Shown here: in pieces, positions 37,655 through 47,454 of the stretch
Position numbering within the stretch: the first letter of the stretch is position 1
Layout: each line of letters opens with the position of its first letter
Assembly (NCBI GenBank): GCA_949293315.1
Contig: CASFCH010000055.1
Coordinates: 12,922-76,921 of the forward strand
Source of the DNA: an uncultured Oscillospiraceae bacterium
GTDB lineage: Bacteria; Bacillota; Clostridia; Oscillospirales; Acutalibacteraceae
Length of the DNA: 64,000 bases
Direction of reading: 5' to 3'
The notes under the pieces: model-generated
Told to the model about the DNA's origin: nothing
Database searches by the model: none
The model's input: only the letters and a program-made list of their open reading frames with translations
Program-made: the position numbers and the translations under genes

Positions 37655-39040
37655 ATGGAGAATTTGCCGTTTGCACAAGTGAATGAGGCGGATCTGCCGC
37701 ACAGCGTGGAATCGGAGCAGGCGGTGCTCGGCTGTATCCTGAAGGATCCGGAGTGCATGACGCAGGTCATGCTCATCCTCAAGCCGGAGTATTTCTTCCT
37801 GCCCCGCCATCAGGCGATTTTTTCCGCGATGGTCAGTATCGACGCCACGGGGAACAAGGTCGACCCGCTGGTGCTGCTCGACATGCTGCGGCGGGATAAT
37901 ATCTTCCGCGACGAGGAGGGCAAGGAGTACCTCTTTCGCCTGCTGGATGCGTTCCCCACGACGGCCAACGTGGAGGCCTACGCCCGCACGGTGCGCGATA
38001 AGTATTACATCCGGTCTCTGATCGAGGCCTCGCGCGATATCATCAACACGGCCATGGAGCAGCAGGACTCCCCAGATATCCTGCTGGACGCCGCAGAGCA
38101 GCGGATCTACGACATCCGCCGCGGCCGGACGACGAACGGCCCCGCGCAGGTCGGCGATATCATCGTCAACGAGGTCTACGACCACCTGCACAAGATTACC
38201 TCGGAAAACAAAGAGGAATATCTGGGCACGCCCACCGGCTTTTCCGCTCTGGACAAGGTGACCTCCGGCCTGAACAAGTCCGATCTGGTTATCGTCGGCG
38301 CGCGCCCGGCCATGGGTAAGACGAGCTTCGCGCTGAATATGGCGCTCAACGTCGCGCTCAAGGCCCATAAAAAGGTGCTCTTCTTCTCTCTGGAGATGAA
38401 CAGAGAGCAGCTCGCACAGCGCGTGCTGTCCATGCAGTCCCGCGTGCAGAGCGTGAAGATGCGCAACGGCGAGCTCGATCCGGACGACTGGGTCCGCCTT
38501 GGCGAGGCGACCATCCAGCTGAGTGACTGCCCGCTCTATTTTGACGACACCTCCACCATCACCGCGCCGGAGATGAAGGCGCGCGTGCGGCGGATGAAGG
38601 ATGTGGACTGCATCTTTATCGACTACCTCCAGCTGATGAAATCCGGCACCCGCACGGACAACCGCGTGCAGGAGGTCTCCGAGATCACGCGGAACCTGAA
38701 ACTGATGGCGAAGGATCTGAACATCCCGGTCGTCACGCTGGCGCAGCTCTCCCGTGTGACGGAGGGGCGCGGCAAATCGCACCGCCCCCAGATGTCGGAC
38801 CTGCGCGAGTCCGGCTCGATCGAGCAGGACGCGGACATCATCATGATGCTCTATCGGGACGATTATTATGACGACGACGGCAAGGAAGGCGATCAGATCC
38901 CCAATATGCCCAAGCCGACGAGCAGCGTGATCGAGGTGATCGTGGCCAAAAACCGCCACGGCCCGACGGAGACGGTCCGGCTTGGCTGGAATTCCGAATT
39001 TACACTTTTTACAACGCTTGCGGAAAACTTTGGGGAATGA
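37655..39040 (+). CDS. dnaB: Replicative DNA helicase
   Basis: Walker A GARPAMGKTSFALN and the DnaB N-terminal domain; 461 aa. Confidence 0.95.
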   Translation: MENLPFAQVNEADLPHSVESEQAVLGCILKDPECMTQVMLILKPEYFFLPRHQAIFSAMVSIDATGNKVDPLVLLDMLRRDNIFRDEEGKEYLFRLLDAFPTTANVEAYARTVRDKYYIRSLIEASRDIINTAMEQQDSPDILLDAAEQRIYDIRRGRTTNGPAQVGDIIVNEVYDHLHKITSENKEEYLGTPTGFSALDKVTSGLNKSDLVIVGARPAMGKTSFALNMALNVALKAHKKVLFFSLEMNREQLAQRVLSMQSRVQSVKMRNGELDPDDWVRLGEATIQLSDCPLYFDDTSTITAPEMKARVRRMKDVDCIFIDYLQLMKSGTRTDNRVQEVSEITRNLKLMAKDLNIPVVTLAQLSRVTEGRGKSHRPQMSDLRESGSIEQDADIIMMLYRDDYYDDDGKEGDQIPNMPKPTSSVIEVIVAKNRHGPTETVRLGWNSEFTLFTTLAENFGE

Positions 39041-40377
39041 GTATGGACAGGAGTCTGGAACGGCAGGCCATGGATACGGTGGAGCGTTATGGAATGCTCG
39101 TCCCCGGGGAGCGCGTGATCGTGGCGCTCTCCGGCGGCGCGGATTCCATGGCGCTCCTGCATTTTTTTACGGTCCTGCGCGGCTGCATGAGCCTGGAACT
39201 GGATGCCGCCCATGTCAATCACCTGCTGCGCGGGGCGGAGTCCGAGGCGGACGAGCGCTTTGTGCGGCAGGTGTGCGCCGACTGGTCGGTGCCGCTGCAT
39301 GTGCTGCGCGCCGATGTGCGCGCGCTGGCCCGGGAGCGCGGGCAGGGGATCGAGGCGTGCGGACGCGTGGTACGGTACGACTATTTTAAATCCCTGGGGG
39401 GGAAGACGGCCACCGCCCACACGCTGACCGACAGCATGGAGACGGTCCTCTATCATCTGACACGCGGGTGCGGCCTGCGCGGCGCGTGCGGTATTCCGCC
39501 CGTGCGCGGCAGCGTGATCCGCCCCCTGATCGCGTGCACACGGGCACAGGTGGAATCTTACTGTGCGGCGCATGCGATCGAATATCGGCGTGACTCCACC
39601 AATGCCAGCCGGGAATACGCGCGCAACAGAATCCGGCTGGACGTTCTCCCGCAGCTGCGCGGGATCAATCCCGCGGCGGAGGAGGCGTTCGGCCGATTTC
39701 TGGAGGATGCCCGTGAGGACGAGGCATATCTGGAGGCGCTTGCGGAAGAGGCCCGGCGTGATGCGCAGCGTGCGGAAGGTTACGACGTCCGGATGCTGGC
39801 CGATTTGCCGCAGCCGGTACGGCGGCGGGCGCTGTACCGCATCCTGTATGAGCGCGGCGGGGTGATGCCGGAGCGCAGGCATCTGATCCGCCTGGAGCAG
39901 ATGCTGGAGCAAGGGGGGCGCGCCTCGCTCAACGGCGGGGTGGATGCCGCCGTTTCCGGCGGCCGTCTCACCTTTCTGTCTGCGGAAAAAGAGCAGTGTC
40001 CTTTCTCTGTTCCGCTTCTGCCGGGCCGGTATCCGATCCCCGGCGGGGAGGCTGAAATTACACTGCAATCCTCAGGACACAAAAAGTTTAAAAATGAAGT
40101 CTTGGATATCGCGATTGATTGTGATAAAATAAACAGCAAAGCAGTTTTGCGCGCCCGGATGCCCGGGGATTGCCTGCGCCTTCCCGGCCGCCCGTGCAAA
40201 AGCCTGAAAAAACTGTTTAACGAGGCGCACGTCCCGCCGCAGGAGCGCGGCGCCCGCGTGATCGCCGCCGATGCGGCCGGCGTCCTGTGGGCGGAGGGCT
40301 TTGGTCCGGATGTGCGCGCGCGTGTGCAAACGGGCACCAGACATTTTTATCTGATCCGAATTTGGAGGAACATATGA
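39037..40377 (+). CDS. tilS: tRNA(Ile)-lysidine synthetase
   Basis: PP-loop SGGADSMAL. Its start overlaps the dnaB stop. Confidence 0.9.
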   Translation: MSMDRSLERQAMDTVERYGMLVPGERVIVALSGGADSMALLHFFTVLRGCMSLELDAAHVNHLLRGAESEADERFVRQVCADWSVPLHVLRADVRALARERGQGIEACGRVVRYDYFKSLGGKTATAHTLTDSMETVLYHLTRGCGLRGACGIPPVRGSVIRPLIACTRAQVESYCAAHAIEYRRDSTNASREYARNRIRLDVLPQLRGINPAAEEAFGRFLEDAREDEAYLEALAEEARRDAQRAEGYDVRMLADLPQPVRRRALYRILYERGGVMPERRHLIRLEQMLEQGGRASLNGGVDAAVSGGRLTFLSAEKEQCPFSVPLLPGRYPIPGGEAEITLQSSGHKKFKNEVLDIAIDCDKINSKAVLRARMPGDCLRLPGRPCKSLKKLFNEAHVPPQERGARVIAADAAGVLWAEGFGPDVRARVQTGTRHFYLIRIWRNI

Positions 40378-40913
40378 GGGAAGATATTAAGAGGATCCTG
40401 CTCAGCGAGGAGCAGATTCAGTCCATCGTCTCCGACCTTGGGCGGCGTATCAGCGCAGACTATGCGGGGAAAAATCTTTTGATGGTCAGTGTGCTCAAGG
40501 GCTCTGTCGTCTTTATGGCGGACCTGATGCGCGCGATCGACATCCCCTGCCGCATTGATTTCATGGCGGTGTCCAGCTACGGCTCCGGGGTCAAAACCTC
40601 CGGCGTTGTCAAGATCGTCAAGGATCTGGACATCAACCTGGCGGGGTACGACCTGCTGATTGTGGAGGATATTCTCGACAGCGGCGTGACCCTCAGCTAT
40701 CTGAAAAAAATGCTGATGGACCGCGGCCCTGCGAGCGTGCGGATCTGCACGTTCCTCGACAAGCCGGAGCGCCGCCGGGCGGATATCGTTCCCGACTACG
40801 TTGGGGCGAGCGTTCCGGATGAGTTTGTGGTGGGCTACGGTCTGGACTACGATGAAAAATACAGGAATTTGCCCTATCTCGGAGTACTGAAGGAAGCGGT
40901 TTACTCCAAATAG
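40374..40913 (+). CDS. hpt: Hypoxanthine phosphoribosyltransferase
   Basis: ATG at 40374 follows GGAGGA. The PRPP motif LLIVEDILDSGVT is present, as is tilS-hpt-ftsH synteny. Confidence 0.9.
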   Translation: MREDIKRILLSEEQIQSIVSDLGRRISADYAGKNLLMVSVLKGSVVFMADLMRAIDIPCRIDFMAVSSYGSGVKTSGVVKIVKDLDINLAGYDLLIVEDILDSGVTLSYLKKMLMDRGPASVRICTFLDKPERRRADIVPDYVGASVPDEFVVGYGLDYDEKYRNLPYLGVLKEAVYSK

Positions 40914-40933
40914 TCTGTTACAGGAGTTGATTT

Positions 40934-43042
40934 TTGTTGGATAAAAAGAACGGCGGCCATTCCGCGAAAAAGTGGCTGATGTACCTGCCGTATGTGCTGA
41001 TCCCGGCGCTTTTGATCGCAGGGATCGCCTACTTCTCGTTCCACCAGCAGCCCAGAGAGGAGAAGACGGAGTATTATCAGATCGTCAGTCTGTTTGACCA
41101 GAACAAGGTCACGGAATACTCCCTGAACATGAGCAGCGGAACGCTGGAGTACAAAACGACGGACTCCGGGGAGGAGACGCTGGAGTACACCGTGCCCAAT
41201 GTCAGCCTTTTTATTCAGGATGTCCATGAGCATGTGATGGAATATAATCAGCAGCATCCCGATGCCCCGGTCAAGGCGGAATACGTCCCCGGATCCGGGG
41301 ATTCCTGGTGGGTCTCCATGATCCCCACGCTCATCCTGATGGGCGTGCTGCTGCTCGTCATCCTCTACGTCACGCGCAAGATGAGCCAGACCATGACGAA
41401 TGAGACCAACCGCACCCTCTCCTTCGGCAAGGCACGGGTCAAGCAGGCCAAGGATGAAAAGCGAAAGACCACCTTTGACGACGTCGCGGGTGCGGATGAG
41501 GAGAAGGAGGAGCTCAGCGAAATCGTCGAGTTCCTGAAGGATCCGCTCCGGTTTAACGATTTGGGCGCGCGCATTCCCAAGGGCGTGCTGCTTGTCGGCC
41601 CGCCCGGTACCGGTAAAACGCTGTTGGCCCGTGCCGTAGCGGGCGAGGCGAATGTCCCGTTCTTCTCCATCTCCGGTTCGGACTTTGTGGAGATGTACGT
41701 CGGCGTCGGCGCCTCCCGCGTGCGTGATCTGTTCTCCGAGGCCAAAAAGAATTCCCCGGCGATTATCTTTATTGATGAGATCGACGCCGTGGGCCGCCAC
41801 CGCGGCGCCGGGATGGGCGGCGGACACGACGAGCGCGAGCAGACGCTCAACCAGCTGCTCGTCGAGATGGATGGCTTTGGCGCGAATGAGGGAATTATTA
41901 TCATCGCCGCAACCAACCGCCCGGATATTCTGGATCCGGCGCTGCTGCGCCCCGGGCGTTTTGACCGTCAGGTAACGGTCGGATATCCGGATATCAACGG
42001 CCGCGAGGCCATCTTGAAGGTCCACGCTAAAAATAAACCGCTGGCCCCCGATGTGGATCTGGGCGTGATCGCGCGCTCTACGGCCGGTTTTACGGGCGCG
42101 GATCTGGAAAACCTGCTCAACGAGGCAGCGTTGCTCGCCGCGCGCAGGGGATATAAGTCCATCACCATGAAGGAGATCGAAGAGGCCACGATCAAGGTTG
42201 TCGTCGGCACGGAGAAGCGCTCGCACAAGATGAGCGATAAGGAGAAAAAGCTCACCGCGTATCACGAGTCCGGCCACGCGATTGCCACCTATTGCCTGCC
42301 CAGCCAGGATCCGGTACACGAGATCTCCATTGTCCCGCGCGGGATGGCGGGCGGTTATACCATGTCCATGCCCAAGGAGGATAAGAGCTATACCACCAAG
42401 ACCGACATGCTCGACAGCATCGTCGTTCTGCTCGGCGGCCGTGTGGCGGAGTCCCTGACCATGGGCGATATCTCTACCGGCGCCTCCAACGATATTGAGC
42501 GCGCCACGGATATCGCGCGTAAGATGGTCACCAAGTACGGCATGAGCGATAAGCTTGGCCCAATCGCATTTGGCAAGGACAACGACGAGGTCTTCCTCGG
42601 CAAGGATTACAACCACATGCGCAACTACTCTGAGGAGGTCGCGTCCGAGATCGACGAGGAGATCAACAAGATCATTCTCGACGCCTACCGTCGCTGCCGC
42701 GAAATCCTGGAGAGCCACATGGAGGAGATGTCCCGCGTGGCGGAATACCTCATCACGCATGAGAAGTGCAGCGGCGCGGTGTTCGACAAGCTGATGAAGA
42801 ACGAGCCTATCGACCCGGAGCCGCCGGAGATTGTCCCCAACGCTCCGACGGCAACTCCGCAGAGCGATGATTCCTCCGACAGTGAGGATGCATCTCAGGA
42901 CGTACTCCCGCCGACGGATACCCCGGCATCTGCGCCGGAGACAACAGAGCCGCCGGAAGAAGGGGTTCAGCAGGATCCTGCTGACGAACAGCAGGAGAAT
43001 CTCCCGGATGTGGAACGGCCGGGCGCGGATGAAAAGGAATAA
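40934..43042 (+). CDS. ftsH: ATP-dependent zinc metalloprotease FtsH
   Basis: TTG start after a CAGGAG RBS. AAA+ motif [11 protein letters not shown] and zinc motif HESGHA are present, followed by an acidic Pro-rich C-terminal tail. Confidence 0.95.
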   Translation: MLDKKNGGHSAKKWLMYLPYVLIPALLIAGIAYFSFHQQPREEKTEYYQIVSLFDQNKVTEYSLNMSSGTLEYKTTDSGEETLEYTVPNVSLFIQDVHEHVMEYNQQHPDAPVKAEYVPGSGDSWWVSMIPTLILMGVLLLVILYVTRKMSQTMTNETNRTLSFGKARVKQAKDEKRKTTFDDVAGADEEKEELSEIVEFLKDPLRFNDLGARIPKGVLLVGPPGTGKTLLARAVAGEANVPFFSISGSDFVEMYVGVGASRVRDLFSEAKKNSPAIIFIDEIDAVGRHRGAGMGGGHDEREQTLNQLLVEMDGFGANEGIIIIAATNRPDILDPALLRPGRFDRQVTVGYPDINGREAILKVHAKNKPLAPDVDLGVIARSTAGFTGADLENLLNEAALLAARRGYKSITMKEIEEATIKVVVGTEKRSHKMSDKEKKLTAYHESGHAIATYCLPSQDPVHEISIVPRGMAGGYTMSMPKEDKSYTTKTDMLDSIVVLLGGRVAESLTMGDISTGASNDIERATDIARKMVTKYGMSDKLGPIAFGKDNDEVFLGKDYNHMRNYSEEVASEIDEEINKIILDAYRRCREILESHMEEMSRVAEYLITHEKCSGAVFDKLMKNEPIDPEPPEIVPNAPTATPQSDDSSDSEDASQDVLPPTDTPASAPETTEPPEEGVQQDPADEQQENLPDVERPGADEKE

Positions 43043-43055
43043 TCATGTACTCGGA

Positions 43056-43091
43056 CAGCCGCAAACGCTTAGCGCTTGCGGCTGATTTTTC
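43056..43091 (+). terminator. Rho-independent terminator after ftsH
   Basis: CAGCCGCAAACGC-tta-GCGCTTGCGGCTG hairpin followed by ATTTTT. Confidence 0.8.
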
Positions 43092-43099
43092 TTTGAACA

Positions 43100-43400
43100 A
43101 AACAGACTGGAAATTGATGCAATCCCAGTCCTCTGTGTAAGGGGAGACGGATTGCCTGTGCAGGTTTTTACTGCCTTCCCCTTGAGAAAGCTCCTCTATC
43201 AGGGGAATTGTCCGCGTACGGACAAAAGAGTGCCTGTCTGCTCAGAAGAAAGGGGACTGCCTGCAGTGGATGAGGTGTCTCCTGAGAACAGAACAAGTTT
43301 CTGAAAAAACGGGATTTCCACCTCATCAGTCTCGCTCCGCTCAACAGCTTCCCCTCAAGGGGAAGCCGATACTGAATCTGTACAAATTTTTTAATATCTG
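43100..43400. repeat. Cluster of REP-like palindromic elements
   Basis: Hairpins CTTCCCC-tcaa-GGGGAAG, TTGTCCG-cgta-CGGACAA and AAGGGGA...TCCCCTT, plus the inverted repeat GATGAGGTG / CACCTCATC. Confidence 0.45.
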
Positions 43401-43459
43401 CCTCAGAAGGATTTTCAAAAAATGAAACTCCTTTCCTCGGGAACATGTTCAGACGACAC

Positions 43460-44365
43460 CTATTTTTCAAATTTCCCGGGGAACGCAACTTTAATGGTGA
43501 ACAGCCCATCCTGAAGCGCTGCGGTGATTGCCCCGCCCATCCGTTCCGTCAGCCCCTTTGCAATGGAGAGGCCGAGGCCGGTGGAGGTGTGTGTCCGGGC
43601 GGAGTCCGCCTTGTAAAATCGCGTGAACACCTGATCCATATCGATCTCCCCCGCATGTTCCACGTCGTTGGCGCAGGTGAAAACGGCACGCCCCTCCTGA
43701 CGCTCCAAACGGATGAAGAGCTGGTTCTGTCCGTGCTCCAGGGCATTTTTCAGGATGTTTTCCAGCACCCGCCGGACGGCCTCCCCGTTGGCCCGAATCC
43801 AGACCCGTTCTTCACACAGGGCAATATTGGGGGTGATGCCGCGCCGGTTTAATTCCTCATAAAAGGAGAATAAGGCGTCCGTCACGCATTTGCTCAGATC
43901 GACCCGTTCCAGTGACAGCTCGTAATTCTCATTTTGCAGCTTCGCATAGGTGAACAGCTCCTCGAGCATCTCATTCAGGCTGGCGATACGGCCCTGAATA
44001 ATCGCGATATACCGCCTGCGCTCCTCCTCGGACTCGCTCTGTGCCAATAGCTGGAAGTACCCGTCCAGAGAGGTGAGCGGCGTGCGGATGTCATGGGACA
44101 GGCTGGTGATTGTCTCCCGCAGCTTCCGGTCGCTGCTGCTCACTGCGCGCTCGATCTCCCGAGAGCGGTCCAATATCTCATTGATCCCATCATTCAGTTC
44201 GTTCAGTTCCGGGAAGGGGAACCCCGCGGCCAACCGCAGATTGGTTTGATGTTTTTTTAAGAACGCCAACTGGCGGCAGGTCGATTGGACCTGTCGCCGG
44301 TAGAGGAGCAGGAGCACGAATAGCACTCCTGCCAGAATTGTCGCAATTACCGCCCAGACAACCAT
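43460..44365 (-). CDS. Sensor histidine kinase (single N-terminal TM, intramembrane-sensing type)
   Basis: H-box LSHDIRTPL and the HATPase_c region GLGLSIAKG. No sizeable extracellular domain is apparent. Confidence 0.85.
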   Translation of the reverse strand: MVVWAVIATILAGVLFVLLLLYRRQVQSTCRQLAFLKKHQTNLRLAAGFPFPELNELNDGINEILDRSREIERAVSSSDRKLRETITSLSHDIRTPLTSLDGYFQLLAQSESEEERRRYIAIIQGRIASLNEMLEELFTYAKLQNENYELSLERVDLSKCVTDALFSFYEELNRRGITPNIALCEERVWIRANGEAVRRVLENILKNALEHGQNQLFIRLERQEGRAVFTCANDVEHAGEIDMDQVFTRFYKADSARTHTSTGLGLSIAKGLTERMGGAITAALQDGLFTIKVAFPGKFEK

Positions 44366-44374
44366 TGTATCCCC

Positions 44375-45229
44375 CTATTTGATATCGCGCCTTTGCATCA
44401 CCAGTGCGGAGAATCCCACTGCCAGCACGGCGAAGATACAGGCCACAAGCACCGCGCGGAATACATCGCTTGATGCGGAAGCTCCGCTGATGGCGTAGAC
44501 GTTTGTGTCCAGCATATATCGGCCAAAGTCAAAATTGACACCGCTGTGGATTTTTTGGACAACCCAGTTGATCCCGCTATATAACAGGCTTGTCAGCCCG
44601 CTGCAGCCTAGGATCCCTGCGCCCATACCGAAAGCGGTGCTCCCCGTGAACATACACAGGAACATGATCAGGGCACTGAATCCCAGATGAAGCAGGTACT
44701 GTGTCCCGAGCATCTTGAACAGCCCGGAAACGGAGCCGAGTGTGAATTGCTCCCCAAAGAAAATATACCCGGACGCAATACAGAACACCGCGTAAATTGC
44801 AAACATCAGCAGCACTTCGACTGCGATGGCGATGAATTTTGACAGCGCCAGCTGCCCGCGATAGGGGAGCTGGCCGGCAATGTTTTTGAGGTATCCGCTG
44901 TGGTGTTCCGCCCCCACAAAGAGGGAGACGAAGACCGCGCAGAAAATCATCAGAATACCACTGTTGAGCAGCAGGCCGAGCATCTGACTGGCCGGGACGT
45001 CCCCGTGGATCCACTCCGGATCCGTATCCATTACGATGCCGTACACCACTTCATCCTCAGCCGTGGAAGTTGCCTGTTCGGTATAGACGGGGTCCTCCGC
45101 CATGGCGTTCAGATCGGCGTGCGTTGCCCCGACGCAGACCACCGCAATCAGGACCATGATGCCCATCATCACCCAGGTGGAAACGGCGTGCAGCAGCCGG
45201 TAGACGTCCATCTTAATCAGATTAAACAT
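44375..45229 (-). CDS. ABC-2 type transporter permease
   Basis: 284 aa with ~6 TM segments. Its start overlaps the ATPase gene stop. Confidence 0.7.
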   Translation of the reverse strand: MFNLIKMDVYRLLHAVSTWVMMGIMVLIAVVCVGATHADLNAMAEDPVYTEQATSTAEDEVVYGIVMDTDPEWIHGDVPASQMLGLLLNSGILMIFCAVFVSLFVGAEHHSGYLKNIAGQLPYRGQLALSKFIAIAVEVLLMFAIYAVFCIASGYIFFGEQFTLGSVSGLFKMLGTQYLLHLGFSALIMFLCMFTGSTAFGMGAGILGCSGLTSLLYSGINWVVQKIHSGVNFDFGRYMLDTNVYAISGASASSDVFRAVLVACIFAVLAVGFSALVMQRRDIK

Positions 45230-46136
45230 TTATGGCACCCCCCGTCAGATTCAGGTAGTAATCCTCCAGCGCTTCGTTTTTCACGGTGATACCCATGGTT
45301 TTCACACCGTTTTCGGCCAGCTTCATGGTGATCTCGCCGCCATCGTTCAGCCGCTCAAAGATCTGGATCGTTCCGGCGTCAATGACTTTATAATCGCGGA
45401 TCCCCATCTCCTCCAGGACGACGCAGGCGCGGCGCGGATCATCCGTTTTCAGCTCGATCCGCTCGCTGCACCGGGCGAGCAGCTCCTCCTGTGTCAGCTC
45501 CTGGAGCAGGACGCCGTTGTGGATAATACCGTAATCCGTCGCAATTTTAGAGAGCTCCTCCAGAATATGGCTGGAGATCATCAGCGTGATGTTCCGATCC
45601 CGGTTTAGTCGGGAGAGGGTCTCGCGTACCTCCGCAATCCCCTGTGGGTCGAGCCCGTTGATCGGTTCGTCGAGTACGAGCAGGTCCGGGCCCCCGACCA
45701 GTGCCAGCGCGATTCCCAGCCGCTGCTTCATCCCAAGGGAAAAATTTCGGACCCGCTTGCGTCCAACGCCGCTTAGCCCCACAGCGTCCAGCAGCTCATC
45801 GATATACCCTTTTTTACGCACGCCAAGCGCCAGACATTTCAGTTTGAGGTTTTCCGCAGCGGACATGTTCGGATAAAGGCCCGGGGCCTCGATCAGCGTC
45901 CCGATGCGGGAGGTCATATACAGGGCCTTTTTGCCCGTCTCACCAAAGAGGGAGATTTCCCCTTCCGTGGGGGATGCCAGCCCTGCGATCATGCGCAGGA
46001 TCGTCGTCTTTCCCGCGCCGTTGCGCCCGATCAATCCGTAAATCGCCCCCTGACGGATGTGGAGATTTACGTGATCGACCGCGTTTTTGTGGCCGTACCG
46101 CTTGGTCAGGCCGTTTGTACGCAGTAGATATTCCAT
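45222..46136 (-). CDS. ABC transporter ATP-binding protein (BcrA/antimicrobial-peptide-resistance type)
   Basis: Start at MEYLLRTNGL. Walker A GRNGAGKTT, signature FSLGMKQR and Walker B LLVLDEP are present. Confidence 0.8.
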   Translation of the reverse strand: MEYLLRTNGLTKRYGHKNAVDHVNLHIRQGAIYGLIGRNGAGKTTILRMIAGLASPTEGEISLFGETGKKALYMTSRIGTLIEAPGLYPNMSAAENLKLKCLALGVRKKGYIDELLDAVGLSGVGRKRVRNFSLGMKQRLGIALALVGGPDLLVLDEPINGLDPQGIAEVRETLSRLNRDRNITLMISSHILEELSKIATDYGIIHNGVLLQELTQEELLARCSERIELKTDDPRRACVVLEEMGIRDYKVIDAGTIQIFERLNDGGEITMKLAENGVKTMGITVKNEALEDYYLNLTGGAINV

Positions 46137-46224
46137 CTGATAACTTGCCTCCTTTGCTTTACGATCCCTATTGTACAGCCCGAGTGCCAATAAATCGCAA
46201 AGCAAAGTTTAAGAAAAGTTAAAG

Positions 46225-46899
46225 CTATTTGGCCAGCTTAAACCCGATCCCCCACACGGTCTCGATGTATTCGCGGTCCGTGACAGCTTTCAGCTTTTTG
46301 CGGATATTGCTGATGTGTACGTTGATCGTCTTATCCTCGCCGATGTACAGATCGTCCCATGCGTAGTCGTAGATATCCTGCTTGGAAAAGACCTGGTCGG
46401 GGTGGGAGAGCAGCAGCTCCAAAATCTTAAATTCCTGCCGGGTGAGGGAGAGCTCCGTACCATCAACTGCGGCCGTGTAGGTGGATTCATTCAGTACCAG
46501 ATCGTGATGGCGGAGCGTTTTGGGGCGCGATTCCATCCCGCCGGTACGCCGCAGCTGTACGCCCACCCGCGCCAGGAACTCCTGCACCTCAAAGGGCTTG
46601 GTGATGTAGTCGTCCGCACCGGCAGTGAGCAGCTCCACCTTGCTGTCCAGGCTGTCCCTAGCCGAGACGACGATCACCGGCGCCGTCTGTTCCTTCCGGA
46701 TCTGCGGCAGCGCAGCCTCCCCGTCCAGCCCCGGCAGCATCAGGTCCAGAATAATCAGGTCAAACGGTTCGTGCTGCGCGTGCAGCAGCCCCTCTGTGCC
46801 GGAAAAGGCCTGCGTGCAGCCGTACCCCGCCTTACGCAGGCACTCCGCCATCAGGTTGTTGATATCGGTATCGTCCTCGATGATTAAAATCTTTTTCAA
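46225..46899 (-). CDS. OmpR-family response regulator
   Basis: TTG start (LKKILIIEDD) after an AGAGGA RBS. Receiver and winged-helix domains are present. Confidence 0.8.
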   Translation of the reverse strand: MKKILIIEDDTDINNLMAECLRKAGYGCTQAFSGTEGLLHAQHEPFDLIILDLMLPGLDGEAALPQIRKEQTAPVIVVSARDSLDSKVELLTAGADDYITKPFEVQEFLARVGVQLRRTGGMESRPKTLRHHDLVLNESTYTAAVDGTELSLTRQEFKILELLLSHPDQVFSKQDIYDYAWDDLYIGEDKTINVHISNIRKKLKAVTDREYIETVWGIGFKLAK

Positions 46900-47266
46900 G
46901 GGATCATCCTCTTTGCACGAAAATTTCTGAGCAATATTATAGTGGAATTTCCCGATAAAGTCTACCTCTCCCATTTTGATAAAAGAGCGGCCGCCTTTAT
47001 CAGGGCGCTGGGGGAGTGGGGGTACCAAAAGGAGCGCGAAGAAAGATTAGAATCCTATAAATGCGGGAAGGTCTGCTGTGCCCCGTTTCATTTGGGGTAC
47101 ATCAGGATTTGCTATGCCGGAGTTCTGGTGAAACGTTTTATTTTAAGGGTGGTTCATAAAGCGTATCAGAAAATCGAAGAGGTTCAGAAAAAGATCGATC
47201 ATGTAGAAAGCGCATGGCGTGATTCGGATGCTGCTGAGGGAGAGAGATAACGTTTTCCCTTATAGC

Positions 47267-47309
47267 GAGAGGCGGAGGAACGGTTGTCCTCCGCCTCTTA
47301 ATTGTTTTT
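47267..47309 (+). terminator. Rho-independent terminator with no assigned upstream gene
   Basis: GAGAGGCGGAGGA...TCCTCCGCCTCT hairpin followed by TAATTGTTTTT. Confidence 0.6.
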
Positions 47310-47454
47310 GTCCCAATATTGTGCTATAATATCGCATGTTACGGCTAATTTGAAAGTATTTGTAAACAGCGGTTCACAGGCTCGGCGTCCGGCTTTTCCG
47401 GCCGTGCTCCCATTGACCGGCCTTTCACCGTTGATATACTTCGGGAGGATCAAC

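Noticed and set aside
43168-43509. 113-aa ORF on the minus strand between ftsH and the kinase gene.
   Set aside because: It overlaps the 3' end of the kinase gene and runs through the palindromic repeats. Its composition and lack of an RBS indicate an artefact.
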